A DNA stretch of 64,000 bases from sequence record PZ295659.1, one strand, 5' to 3'. This document shows, piece by piece, positions 8,971-16,845 of the stretch. The number at the start of each line of letters is the position of its first letter. Within the stretch, counting starts at the first letter, position 1. Made by a program: the position numbers and the translations under genes. The notes beneath the pieces were generated by a model. It was not told where the DNA came from. It saw only the letters and a list, made by a program, of their open reading frames with translations, and made no database searches. This DNA comes from a phage.

Positions 8971-9135
8971 TCATCTCATGCTCCTGTGCCAACAGTTTCT
9001 TGGTTCACGTTTAAAAATTTCATCATGCATTGATTGACAACCAACACAATATATCATCACCATATCATCTTCAGCGCTTTCAGGTAAAAGTTCAAGTACG
9101 CCGTCTTCAGATTTTCCAGTATAATCGTAAAGCAT
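8971..9135 (-). CDS. hypothetical small protein, paralog of 8664-8879
   Basis: ATG at 9135 with GAGGA SD gives MLYDYTGKSEDGVLELLPE... Confidence 0.35.
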   Translation of the reverse strand: MLYDYTGKSEDGVLELLPESAEDDMVMIYCVGCQSMHDEIFKREPRNCWHRSMR

Positions 9136-9142
9136 AATATCC

Positions 9143-9322
9143 TCACATAATCTCGTTAACATACATTTGCAATTCGGTGTGGGCTTCGGCCATCTTTTTC
9201 ATAGCTCTGTTAATGTCGATGTCTCCATCTTCGCAACCATGAGCATTTTCCCAATCAGACACCGCATTAGCATACTCTTCAATCAAAAACATTAACTTAG
9301 AAATTTTTTCTTTACGTGTCAT
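9143..9322 (-). CDS. hypothetical small protein (rI.-1 position)
   Basis: Track start is TTG; ATG at 9322 preceded by GAGGAG SD. Confidence 0.35.
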   Translation of the reverse strand: MTRKEKISKLMFLIEEYANAVSDWENAHGCEDGDIDINRAMKKMAEAHTELQMYVNEIM

Positions 9323-9329
9323 AACGTTC

Positions 9330-9378
9330 TCCTCTAGTAAGTAAAGACTACTATAACACAACCTGAGGAGAAGTAAAC
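9330..9378 (-). promoter_or_regulatory. early-promoter-like element with CTCCTC/GAGGAG inverted repeat that includes the downstream SD
   Basis: gtaaac at 9373-9378; ctcctctag...cctgaggag arms. Confidence 0.4.
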
Positions 9379-9385
9379 TGCTAAA

Positions 9386-9416
9386 TGCAAAAAAGCCCCA
9401 ACCTTTCGGAAGGGGC
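9386..9416 (-). terminator. rho-independent terminator after rI (GCCCCTTCC-GAAA-GGTTGGGGC + U6)
   Basis: Hairpin 9395-9416 followed on the minus strand by TTTTTT; identical hairpin at 25499-25522. Confidence 0.75.
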
Positions 9417-9423
9417 AGGTAAA

Positions 9424-9726
9424 TTAGATAGATTTAGGCTCTAATTTTATTTTCATGAACTCGGCAAATTGTCTGGCAGTTTTTATGCCTTGTTCATGAC
9501 ATTCAAATGCATCATCACAGGGGCTATTTTTGTAATGCTTTGCCATATACTTATAAAATTTTTCAGAATTCTCAACATTTTGAATTTCGAACAAAGTATA
9601 TACGTTTTTAATCCCTGATTCCATAAAGTTGTCAAAGTACGGGTCAACATATGCAGTGCCAACGATAGGAGTTGTTGCTGCAAAAAACCCCAGCATCGCC
9701 ACAATGGCTATCGCTCTTAAGGCCAT
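9424..9726 (-). CDS. rI: lysis inhibition regulator RI (antiholin)
   Basis: 100 aa, N-terminal signal-anchor MALRAIAIVAMLGFFAATTP; VDPYFDNFMESGI and conserved Cys pair resemble remembered T4 RI; located just below tk as in T4. Confidence 0.75.
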   Translation of the reverse strand: MALRAIAIVAMLGFFAATTPIVGTAYVDPYFDNFMESGIKNVYTLFEIQNVENSEKFYKYMAKHYKNSPCDDAFECHEQGIKTARQFAEFMKIKLEPKSI

Positions 9727-9738
9727 ATAGGCCTCCTG

Positions 9739-9951
9739 TTAATTTTGGCCAGTATTTATTTTTCGCCTTTGGACGGCCTTAACATCTGCGAGGTATTTTT
9801 CCAGCTTGCGCTTGCGTGTATAATCTGCTTTAGAACCAGTTTGACGGATATCCTCGTTTAAATGAGAAATAGAATGTCCTAATTCTCTTCGGATTTCATC
9901 CAATTGGGTTACAGTAAGATTACGAAGTTGTTTTTCGTTTAATTGCTGCAT
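9739..9951 (-). CDS. hypothetical protein (rI.1 position)
   Basis: 70-aa basic ORF between rI and tk. Confidence 0.45.
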   Translation of the reverse strand: MQQLNEKQLRNLTVTQLDEIRRELGHSISHLNEDIRQTGSKADYTRKRKLEKYLADVKAVQRRKINTGQN

Positions 9952-9978
9952 ATATACCTCTTGGTTAGATATTAGTAT

Positions 9979-10560
9979 TTATAACAACCCTGTCAAATCA
10001 TTCCAATGCTTCCGGCATAATGACACATATCTATCGGTGTCACCAATTTCAATTTGACTGCCATCTGTAATTGGAAGTCCGTCTTCCGTGACTCTAGCTA
10101 CCATTGTGGCCTTTTTACCACAATGACAGACACCTTTAAGTTCAACAAGCTTATCGGCAATAGCCATTAATGCTTGAGAACCTTCAAATAGATTACCTTT
10201 AAAATCTGTTCGTAGTCCATATGCCATTACCGGCACATTGTATACGTCAACAATACGACTAAGTTGATACACCTTTTCAGTAGTTAAGAATTGAGCTTCA
10301 TCAACAAATACACAATGAATATCCTTTTGTGCTGCAGCCCATTTATAGAATTCAAAGATATCCATGTCTTTTGTAATTATATTGGCGTCCTGACGAATAC
10401 CAATACGAGAGACTATTTCACCTTTTGAATCGCGAGTATCAATAGCCGGTTTAAGAACTAATACACTCATGCCACGTTCTTTATAGTTATGAGCGGCAGT
10501 AAGTAATGAAGCAGACTTACCAGCGTTCATAGCGGCATATGTAAAAATTAAACTAGCCAT
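9979..10560 (-). CDS. tk: thymidine kinase
   Basis: P-loop AMNAGKS near N-terminus, C-terminal CHCGKKA...C zinc motif; typical TK1-family architecture and T4 position. Confidence 0.9.
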   Translation of the reverse strand: MASLIFTYAAMNAGKSASLLTAAHNYKERGMSVLVLKPAIDTRDSKGEIVSRIGIRQDANIITKDMDIFEFYKWAAAQKDIHCVFVDEAQFLTTEKVYQLSRIVDVYNVPVMAYGLRTDFKGNLFEGSQALMAIADKLVELKGVCHCGKKATMVARVTEDGLPITDGSQIEIGDTDRYVSLCRKHWNDLTGLL

Positions 10561-10750
10561 AAGAGTCCTTAGTTAAATTTTCTAAATATGTTTCTAAATC
10601 ATTTTCAGCTTTATCGATAGATTTTACTAATTCGTAGTATGTTTCAGCATCTCCATAATCCGAAGCCAATTCAAAAGATAAATCTCGTTCTAAACTAATA
10701 ATTTCGCTGATTAAAAATCGTATTTCATTCTTTTGTTCGCGAGTAATCAT
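10553..10750 (-). CDS. hypothetical small acidic protein (tk.1 position)
   Basis: 65-aa ORF; paralogous to next ORF. Confidence 0.45.
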   Translation of the reverse strand: MITREQKNEIRFLISEIISLERDLSFELASDYGDAETYYELVKSIDKAENDLETYLENLTKDSYG

Positions 10751-10932
10751 AAGGAATTTATATAATCAATAAGTTCTTGTTCTTTATCGTCGAAATCTTT
10801 ACACAGTTCTTCGTATTCGTCGGTATTAAAAGGACCGCATTCATCGTAAACTTTTTCCAATTCACTATTTTTATCCATAACTTCGTGAATAAGAGAAAAT
10901 AGTCTGTCTTTTTGTTCTTTACTTAAACTCAT
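10747..10932 (-). CDS. hypothetical small acidic protein (tk.2 position), paralog of 10553-10750
   Basis: Track start is TTG; ATG at 10932 overlaps upstream stop (ATGA). Confidence 0.4.
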   Translation of the reverse strand: MSLSKEQKDRLFSLIHEVMDKNSELEKVYDECGPFNTDEYEELCKDFDDKEQELIDYINSL

Positions 10933-11141
10933 AACCATGTAACCTTTAAGCAATATTCTTCTACATGTTGTTTACGACCTTTCTTATCAATAAAGGTATA
11001 TTCAACGAATGTTCCGATGTAGTCTTTATCTACGTCATGTGGACTATTAATTGGGCATTTAGTACGGCAAATGCGTTCCCATTGACGAATAATTACTGCC
11101 TTATTCTTTGGGTCATATGGATGTGGATAATGTATATTCAT
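10929..11141 (-). CDS. hypothetical protein (tk.3 position)
   Basis: Track start is TTG; ATG at 11141 (MNIHYPHP...). Confidence 0.4.
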   Translation of the reverse strand: MNIHYPHPYDPKNKAVIIRQWERICRTKCPINSPHDVDKDYIGTFVEYTFIDKKGRKQHVEEYCLKVTWL

Positions 11142-11635
11142 AATAATGGTTCCCAATCAACAATCACAATTTCTAGTTTAGTGGAATACGTATCTAAAAT
11201 CTCTTCGATGATATCCCAGTTTCCGCCACCGATACCTGCACCAATTCTTGGCATATAAATTACAGGCTTTGTTATCTTATTCTTTCCGAATTCATTTAAT
11301 TCTATTATACAATTCATTAAAGCAGAGTACTCAAAATTAGGTCCTGGCTCAAACTGTGTATAAAGATTAAAGCAATAAGCTTTATGTGTCTTAAAATATT
11401 TTTCATAAACCGAATAAGTCCCGAGTTTAGACTCGTCTCCGAATTCGGTTTGAAGTTTATCGGCTTCTAGAATTTTTGGATAAGCCTTTGCTAATTGTCC
11501 TGCCACACCAGCGCCCATTGTATGAAAACAATTACACCCATGAGCGATATTATTACCTTTAGAAAACAGGGCGACAATATCGCCCTTGATATAGTTTTTA
11601 ATCACTTGCTGCAAGTCCTCTAGTATAAGAGTCAA
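11138..11635 (-). CDS. macro-domain protein (DarG/TARG1-like ADP-ribose-binding or -hydrolase fold)
   Basis: Motif HGCNCFHTMGAGVAGQLAKAY resembles the N-C-x4-M-G-x-G-(I/V)-A signature of DarG/TARG1-type macro domains; no ATG at the ORF start (TTG at 11635 or GTG at 11605). Confidence 0.55.
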   Translation of the reverse strand: MTLILEDLQQVIKNYIKGDIVALFSKGNNIAHGCNCFHTMGAGVAGQLAKAYPKILEADKLQTEFGDESKLGTYSVYEKYFKTHKAYCFNLYTQFEPGPNFEYSALMNCIIELNEFGKNKITKPVIYMPRIGAGIGGGNWDIIEEILDTYSTKLEIVIVDWEPLL

Positions 11636-11945
11636 CTAGACGGTCCACCATAGAATTGCATGCTGCCTTATCTTTAGGTTCCGCCACCGAGCATTCTAAT
11701 ATTTGCCATTTTTTATGATATCGTTTAATTAAGGTAGACGCCTTGAACCTACTAGACGCCCCATCTTTTTCTCCGTCTTTATACGCATATAACAATTTTT
11801 GTGAAAAATCTACTTTACACTCTTGACTTTTACCACAATAATCAGACGCCGTTCTGTTTGTATACTCCGTTACATCAGTATATGTAGTATTAGCAAGAGC
11901 GTTAAATGAAACCAAGCCAACTATTAAAGCCAACATTTTGGTCAT
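11598..11945 (-). CDS. hypothetical secreted protein (T4 vs position)
   Basis: 115 aa with N-terminal signal peptide MTKMLALIVGLVSFNALA; T4 Vs is 114 aa in this position. Confidence 0.4.
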   Translation of the reverse strand: MTKMLALIVGLVSFNALANTTYTDVTEYTNRTASDYCGKSQECKVDFSQKLLYAYKDGEKDGASSRFKASTLIKRYHKKWQILECSVAEPKDKAACNSMVDRLVDSYTRGLAASD

Positions 11946-12484
11946 TCTTTTATTTCCAGTAGTTTGTTTGATTTAAGGTAATTAGCCTTTTCTAGGACTT
12001 CAGAAGCATATTTACTTCCAGCACTTGTCTTCCATCCCGCATTATATGAGGATATAGCTTTTCTTATATCCCCGTTATGTATATTTAACCAATAAGAAAA
12101 TTCGATATAAGCCCATCTGGCTGAATTAGACCGCTTAGATAGCATTTTCTTAATTTGGGCATCAGACATATTATAACCAAGCTGGTTAATTCTTGCCCTC
12201 ATTGTTGGTAGATAATTTTGGAACATTCCATACGCATGGTGACCTTTCTTATCTTTAAGATTAATACCAGCAGATGATTCCTGCCATAGTATTGCGGCCA
12301 TTATGTATCCAAGTCCTTTCTTATGCATATTTTCATGCGTTTTAAATTTTCCATCCTTAGAAAACTGTTCCCCAAACTGATAAGCATAATTCAAGTTATC
12401 GAGTTGGACATTACTAAAAGTATGCTCGGAGCTATGTGCTGATAAAGAAAGAGCAAATAGACCAGCGAGTAGTGCTTTTCTCAT
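11942..12484 (-). CDS. lytic transglycosylase-like (SLT-domain) protein with signal peptide
   Basis: Signal peptide MRKALLAGLFALSLSAHS; LWQESSAG-type catalytic Glu motif; adjacent to regB like T4 vs.1. Confidence 0.6.
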   Translation of the reverse strand: MRKALLAGLFALSLSAHSSEHTFSNVQLDNLNYAYQFGEQFSKDGKFKTHENMHKKGLGYIMAAILWQESSAGINLKDKKGHHAYGMFQNYLPTMRARINQLGYNMSDAQIKKMLSKRSNSARWAYIEFSYWLNIHNGDIRKAISSYNAGWKTSAGSKYASEVLEKANYLKSNKLLEIKE

Positions 12485-12492
12485 GTTTACCT

Positions 12493-12951
12493 CTAGATTT
12501 TAATCACTGCTTTAGAAGCTTTTCCTGGTAGTCGTTTACTGTTAATAATAGCCATTCTGCATTGAAGAGTCTTCATTTTGAATGCTGGATTTTCGCGACA
12601 AACTGTAAGTCCTAACCAAAGATTTCCATCAGTTATTTCTAAACGGCCTGGGCGATATTCGACGCCTTCGACAAAATCTTCATCAACATCTGGACGTGCC
12701 GGCATTGATAAAAATTCTGCAACTTCTTTAACATGATTTTTTACTTTACGAAATAATTCAAAAACGTAGTTCTCATCTATTTCCCTCTGGATGGCACGAT
12801 CTAAGAGATGTTGAGAATACTTGATATGAAAGCCTGGTAGTCCAAGAGACTTTGCAGCATCTTTTATACCGGCATTTATTTTGCGGAACTCCGTTTCAAA
12901 GATTCGACGGAGTTTATTACGGCGGATAAAAACGTCTGAATTGATAGTCAT
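12493..12951 (-). CDS. regB: RegB site-specific endoribonuclease
   Basis: 152 aa; MTINSDVFIRRNKLRR...RLEITDGNLWLG...GKASKAVIK closely matches remembered T4 RegB. Confidence 0.9.
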   Translation of the reverse strand: MTINSDVFIRRNKLRRIFETEFRKINAGIKDAAKSLGLPGFHIKYSQHLLDRAIQREIDENYVFELFRKVKNHVKEVAEFLSMPARPDVDEDFVEGVEYRPGRLEITDGNLWLGLTVCRENPAFKMKTLQCRMAIINSKRLPGKASKAVIKI

Positions 12952-12958
12952 TTTGATT

Positions 12959-13008
12959 TCTCCTCTAGTTGACAGGTCTATAGTAACACAACTAGAGGAG
13001 AAGTAAAC
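12959..13008 (-). promoter_or_regulatory. early-promoter-like element with perfect 12-bp inverted repeat CTCCTCTAGTTG/CAACTAGAGGAG including the regB SD
   Basis: gtaaac at 13003-13008; -10-like TATAGA between the arms. Confidence 0.45.
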
Positions 13009-13012
13009 TACT

Positions 13013-13228
13013 TTATTGATAAAATGGAGTTAAAGCCCAAGATTCTTTAGATACCATATCGGCGAAATGCCTCATCTCTTCGATTTGGCGACGACGCTGG
13101 TCAGCGTAGTCTTCTTCGCCTTCTTCCTTACAATCTTCAAGGTCTTCTTCAAGATACTTTAAGTATTCACTACAAATTTTGTTGACCTTTTCTTGAAAGT
13201 CTAATAACCCTGTAATAGTAGAAGCCAT
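13013..13228 (-). CDS. hypothetical small acidic protein
   Basis: 71-aa ORF, ATG start. Confidence 0.45.
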   Translation of the reverse strand: MASTITGLLDFQEKVNKICSEYLKYLEEDLEDCKEEGEEDYADQRRRQIEEMRHFADMVSKESWALTPFYQ

Positions 13229-13494
13229 TAGTATTTTTCCTCAGGTCGAAATACTGCACGACACGCCCACATGCTGGCTTCTTTTAGATGTTGCTTAGCA
13301 TACTTAAGAGCCTGCACTGCATCCATATCTTCTTTGGTTTGTTGCTCTGTTTCGTTTTCTTTCAAGATATATGCTTCTTCAATCAGAGCATCAAACATCA
13401 ATCCAAGACGGACTTCTGCATCTTTAATAGCATTCACTTTACTGATTTTATCGTCGGTATGCGGCTTGTAGCCTTTGATGTCTTCAATCGACAT
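13228..13494 (-). CDS. hypothetical small protein; positional candidate for Acb2-like cyclic-nucleotide sponge (T4 vs.4 neighbourhood)
   Basis: ATG at 13494 with GAGGAA SD; 88 aa; the functional call is position and size only. Confidence 0.35.
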   Translation of the reverse strand: MSIEDIKGYKPHTDDKISKVNAIKDAEVRLGLMFDALIEEAYILKENETEQQTKEDMDAVQALKYAKQHLKEASMWACRAVFRPEEKY

Positions 13495-13708
13495 AAGGAA
13501 TTTCCTCATCGGTGGCAAGGTCATATTCGACCAATTGGATAGGCTCATTAATACCATATCCACGTACAGTGATATCGGTTGACGGATATTTTCCAGTAAT
13601 ATCACCCGTTCTAAATGATTCAATGAATGATTGCTCGCCTGAGCAACTAAACCAGGCGGCAAAACATTTTAAAACATCTTCAGACCCTTCTATAATCAAT
13701 TTAGCCAT
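13484..13708 (-). CDS. hypothetical small protein
   Basis: 74-aa ORF, ATG start. Confidence 0.4.
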   Translation of the reverse strand: MAKLIIEGSEDVLKCFAAWFSCSGEQSFIESFRTGDITGKYPSTDITVRGYGINEPIQLVEYDLATDEEIPYVD

Positions 13709-14070
13709 TATAGACTCTCAGTAAAGGTACGAGCGATAACGTCACGCTGCTGTTCCGGAGTCAGAGAGTTAAAGCGAACTGCATAACCGGATACACGGAT
13801 GGTCAGCTGCGGATATTTTTCAGGATGCTTAACTGCATCTTCCAGAGTTTCGCGACGCAGAACGTTAACGTTCAGGTGTTGACCACCTTCAATTTTAACT
13901 TTAGGTTGATGTTCAATTTCAATTTCACGAGCATTAAAACCGTAGAAAATTTCCGGGTCTACAATAGCGTCTTCTTTAAAAGTCTTAGAGACAATAATCC
14001 GGGCTTGAGTATCGTCTTCAAAATAAATAGTGCCTTTATGTGCACCTTCAAGAATTTGATATGCTTTCAT
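13708..14070 (-). CDS. grcA-like: autonomous glycyl radical cofactor (GrcA/YfiD-like)
   Basis: C-terminal [60 protein letters not shown] carries the glycyl-radical RVSGY motif and looks near-identical to enterobacterial GrcA. Confidence 0.85.
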   Translation of the reverse strand: MKAYQILEGAHKGTIYFEDDTQARIIVSKTFKEDAIVDPEIFYGFNAREIEIEHQPKVKIEGGQHLNVNVLRRETLEDAVKHPEKYPQLTIRVSGYAVRFNSLTPEQQRDVIARTFTESL

Positions 14071-14076
14071 ATAACC

Positions 14077-14385
14077 TCAATTAGAAAATAAATTTATCCA
14101 AGATTTTTCTTTAATCAAAAATGGGTCGGAATTATACGCCATTAAACTTTGAGTGATTAATCCCTTAAATGGTCCATCAATAAATTCCATTTTGAAATGT
14201 GGAATACTAGTCATCAACCGTGCATTAGGAGCAGTACAAAGAACCTGCTGCCCTGCGAACGGACCTTTAGTCAAACGATATCGTTTAGGTTTAAAATGGT
14301 AAATCTCGTAATTTTCTACAAGAGCCCTTTTATTGCATACTGGGCTGTTATAACAATACTCAAAAACTTCAATAGTGGTCATCAT
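14077..14385 (-). CDS. hypothetical protein
   Basis: ATG at 14385 overlapping upstream stop (ATGATGA). Confidence 0.4.
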   Translation of the reverse strand: MMTTIEVFEYCYNSPVCNKRALVENYEIYHFKPKRYRLTKGPFAGQQVLCTAPNARLMTSIPHFKMEFIDGPFKGLITQSLMAYNSDPFLIKEKSWINLFSN

Positions 14386-14921
14386 TGCATTCCAATCACA
14401 AAAAATTGAGGACGAGCAATACCGCCGATGCAATATTTGCTTTTGCAGCAGTGCTGTACTGATTTAATATGGACATTGTAAATCTTATCCATATCAGGAG
14501 CTTTAATAGGCTCGTCAATTATATACAGAATACGAGAAAGCATTAATCCACGGAATTTAGAACCTTCATTGCCAATAAAACTACGGACAGAATCAGTAAA
14601 TAAACGGAATCGAATATCATCGCTAGAATAACGAGAAAATTCTTTTTTAATGTTGCCAACAGAAATTTTAGCATAAGCTGAAGTATTAGAAAGAACAATA
14701 ACTGTTCCACCGTCGTACAGCCAATTAACCGCAAAATTAGTTACTGCGGTCGATTTACCTGATTGTCTGCCACCATCTAAACGAAGTGTACAGTACTGCT
14801 TGAGTACGTCTTCAAATGGCGGGGCATAACCGTTCTTACAAATTTCTTCTACTCTAGCATCAGAATGGTGTGTAAAAGCATTCATCAGGGATAGATAAGG
14901 TCCAGTTAAAAATGTTCTCAT
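14382..14921 (-). CDS. small P-loop NTPase (Walker A GGRQSGKST, Walker B-like IIDEP)
   Basis: 179-aa ORF, motifs read from translation. Confidence 0.5.
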   Translation of the reverse strand: MRTFLTGPYLSLMNAFTHHSDARVEEICKNGYAPPFEDVLKQYCTLRLDGGRQSGKSTAVTNFAVNWLYDGGTVIVLSNTSAYAKISVGNIKKEFSRYSSDDIRFRLFTDSVRSFIGNEGSKFRGLMLSRILYIIDEPIKAPDMDKIYNVHIKSVQHCCKSKYCIGGIARPQFFVIGMQ

Positions 14922-15094
14922 TTAGTTTCTCTTAAGGTTGGGGGCCATTCCGTGGCACATGTTAGGTCCTTCGACTCGCTATGTAAACCCATTACCGCAT
15001 TGCGCTCGACCTTATTACAGGTTGGAAAAGGTACATCACTCAGAGGACTCGACGTTCATAAGGAGAGGTTGCGTTTCCCTTTATTAGGCAAGAA

Positions 15095-15424
15095 TTATAC
15101 TCTAGGCTTTTGAGCTTGTTTGGTATTGGATTCCCATGCGGCTTTGGTAATTTTGTTAGCGGCATAACCAAAGGCACTAGATAGAACACCTTTAGAGTTG
15201 AATACATCCAATCCAATAAGTACACCGGCTGTGTTAAATTTAGGAGCAAAGTACGCATTAGTTTTAGAAAGAGCTTTTTTCAATTCAGGGTCTTGAACCA
15301 AGCCATCAAAAACGCCTTTACTATTTACTTTATATGTTACTTTGGGATTTTTAGCTTCTTCGATAGCAGCTTTCTGTTCCGCAGATAATGTAACTTCAGT
15401 GATAAACTCTTGATATGTTTTCAT
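15095..15424 (-). CDS. ipII: internal head protein with capsid-targeting sequence (ipII-like)
   Basis: N-terminus MKTYQEFITE, the T4 CTS cleaved by gp21 after LxE; 109 aa. Confidence 0.6.
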   Translation of the reverse strand: MKTYQEFITEVTLSAEQKAAIEEAKNPKVTYKVNSKGVFDGLVQDPELKKALSKTNAYFAPKFNTAGVLIGLDVFNSKGVLSSAFGYAANKITKAAWESNTKQAQKPRV

Positions 15425-15465
15425 ATGTTTCCTTTAAATGTAAATAGGCCTAAGTATAGGCCTTA

Positions 15466-16044
15466 TTAATTACCACGGGCTGCATTAGCAACGGCATAAG
15501 CGTACTGAACATTAGCGTCTTTAAACGTACCTTTAGAGGTATCTATTTCTGCCTTAAAGCCGCCTTTAGCCATAACATCGGCAAATTCTTTACGGAAAGC
15601 CATTGCATCAAGACCTTTCCATGATGATTTGTGCTTGGCGAATTCAAGACCAGCGTAGTTGACAGCCTTAGCTAATTTATTATCAATAACCCATTTACCG
15701 GCTTTAGGCACAAACTTCGGGCCTTTTTGTTTAGAGAACAGTTTTAAATTCCAGCGACGAAGATCACTGTCGGCTTTAACAAAAGCTGCGTCTAAGTTAC
15801 TAGCAACAACATCTTCAATATGAGCAAATTTAAGTCCGTCAACTTCAATATTTAGATCGTTACGCCAGCGAAGTCCTTCCCAAGCGAAGGCTTTAAAATC
15901 AGAAGCTTTTGTGGCTAGATATCGTTCAATTGGAGCAGTTTTAGGGTCAAAGCCGTTTCCACCACGATAAGTCCACTCGTCCTTATTAATGCCTTGAGCT
16001 TTTCCTGCAAAGGCCTCGGCGATAAATTCTTTATACGTTTTCAT
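15466..16044 (-). CDS. ipIII: internal head protein with capsid-targeting sequence (ipIII-like)
   Basis: N-terminus MKTYKEFIAE; 192 aa, similar in size to T4 IPIII. Confidence 0.6.
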   Translation of the reverse strand: MKTYKEFIAEAFAGKAQGINKDEWTYRGGNGFDPKTAPIERYLATKASDFKAFAWEGLRWRNDLNIEVDGLKFAHIEDVVASNLDAAFVKADSDLRRWNLKLFSKQKGPKFVPKAGKWVIDNKLAKAVNYAGLEFAKHKSSWKGLDAMAFRKEFADVMAKGGFKAEIDTSKGTFKDANVQYAYAVANAARGN

Positions 16045-16065
16045 TTTTGTTTCCTTGTTTGTTTT

Positions 16066-16104
16066 GATAGAGTAATTATACCATATTAATACTTAAGCGT
16101 AAAC
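16066..16104 (-). promoter_or_regulatory. early-promoter-like element upstream of ipIII
   Basis: gtaaac at 16099-16104, AT-rich -10 region. Confidence 0.35.
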
Positions 16105-16169
16105 TGTTTAAGCTTTACCGCCGGAAATAATTCCGAAGTTGTTAAAATCGTATCCAATATCGTCAACAT

Positions 16170-16367
16170 CTACTTTAGGCTTGCTACAACATAAGCAATT
16201 TCACTACGTTTTGCATAGGTGTTGATTTCTTTACCATCGCCACCTAAGAAAAAATACCCATTACGTTTTAATGAGCCAAAGTCTTCCGCATCACCAATGA
16301 AAGCTTTAACTTTAAATTTAGGACCTTTGGCATCTGCTTCAGCGATAAATTCTTGATACATTTTCAT
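16170..16367 (-). CDS. small internal-protein-like ORF with capsid-targeting sequence
   Basis: N-terminus MKMYQEFIAE; 65 aa. Confidence 0.5.
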   Translation of the reverse strand: MKMYQEFIAEADAKGPKFKVKAFIGDAEDFGSLKRNGYFFLGGDGKEINTYAKRSEIAYVVASLK

Positions 16368-16373
16368 TTTTCC

Positions 16374-16787
16374 TTAGTAAATTGATTTACCATAGTATTT
16401 GTACCAAGTAGGACGTTGAGCAATTTTTTCATCTAAGCGTGCTTGACTTATCGCAATGGACGCTTCTGACGGGACATAATTATTACGAAATTCGGCAGGG
16501 ATGTCAGAAATATCCTGAACAGTCGTGTCCTTGATTTTGAAACCACGTTTCAAGCATTCAGCGATTAGCTCGATTTGTCGTAAACGTAAAAATTCGAGTT
16601 TGTCGTAAAAGAATGTTACGTGACCTGTGCCTAAGATAAATGTTGGAGAGATTTTAAAATCCTTTACACGTTTACCGTTTTGAACATGTTTACGGACCGC
16701 ACCAAATACGCGTGGTAATTCACGATACTCAGCCATAAGATGTTGGTCGGTCAGTTCAGAAACAAGTGTTAAATTGATACGAGTCAT
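16374..16787 (-). CDS. denV: endonuclease V (pyrimidine-dimer DNA glycosylase/AP lyase)
   Basis: [34 protein letters not shown]... closely matches remembered T4 DenV; start set at ATG 16787. Confidence 0.9.
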   Translation of the reverse strand: MTRINLTLVSELTDQHLMAEYRELPRVFGAVRKHVQNGKRVKDFKISPTFILGTGHVTFFYDKLEFLRLRQIELIAECLKRGFKIKDTTVQDISDIPAEFRNNYVPSEASIAISQARLDEKIAQRPTWYKYYGKSIY

Positions 16788-16792
16788 AATTT

Positions 16793-16844
16793 CCTCCAAG
16801 TAGTTGATGAATGTATAGTATCAAAGTCCTTGGAGGAAGTAAAC
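16793..16844 (-). promoter_or_regulatory. early-promoter-like element with inverted repeat CCTCCAAG/CTTGGAGG including the denV SD
   Basis: gtaaac at 16839-16844; inverted-repeat arms 16793-16800 and 16829-16836. Confidence 0.45.
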
Positions 16845-16845
16845 A

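Noticed and set aside
9386-9416. CRISPR-like repeats suggested by recurring identical hairpins (9395-9416 and 25499-25522; 40943-40960 and 60283-60300)
   Set aside because: Only two copies each, tens of kilobases apart, each placed directly after a gene with a U-tract; these are terminators, not a repeat-spacer array.
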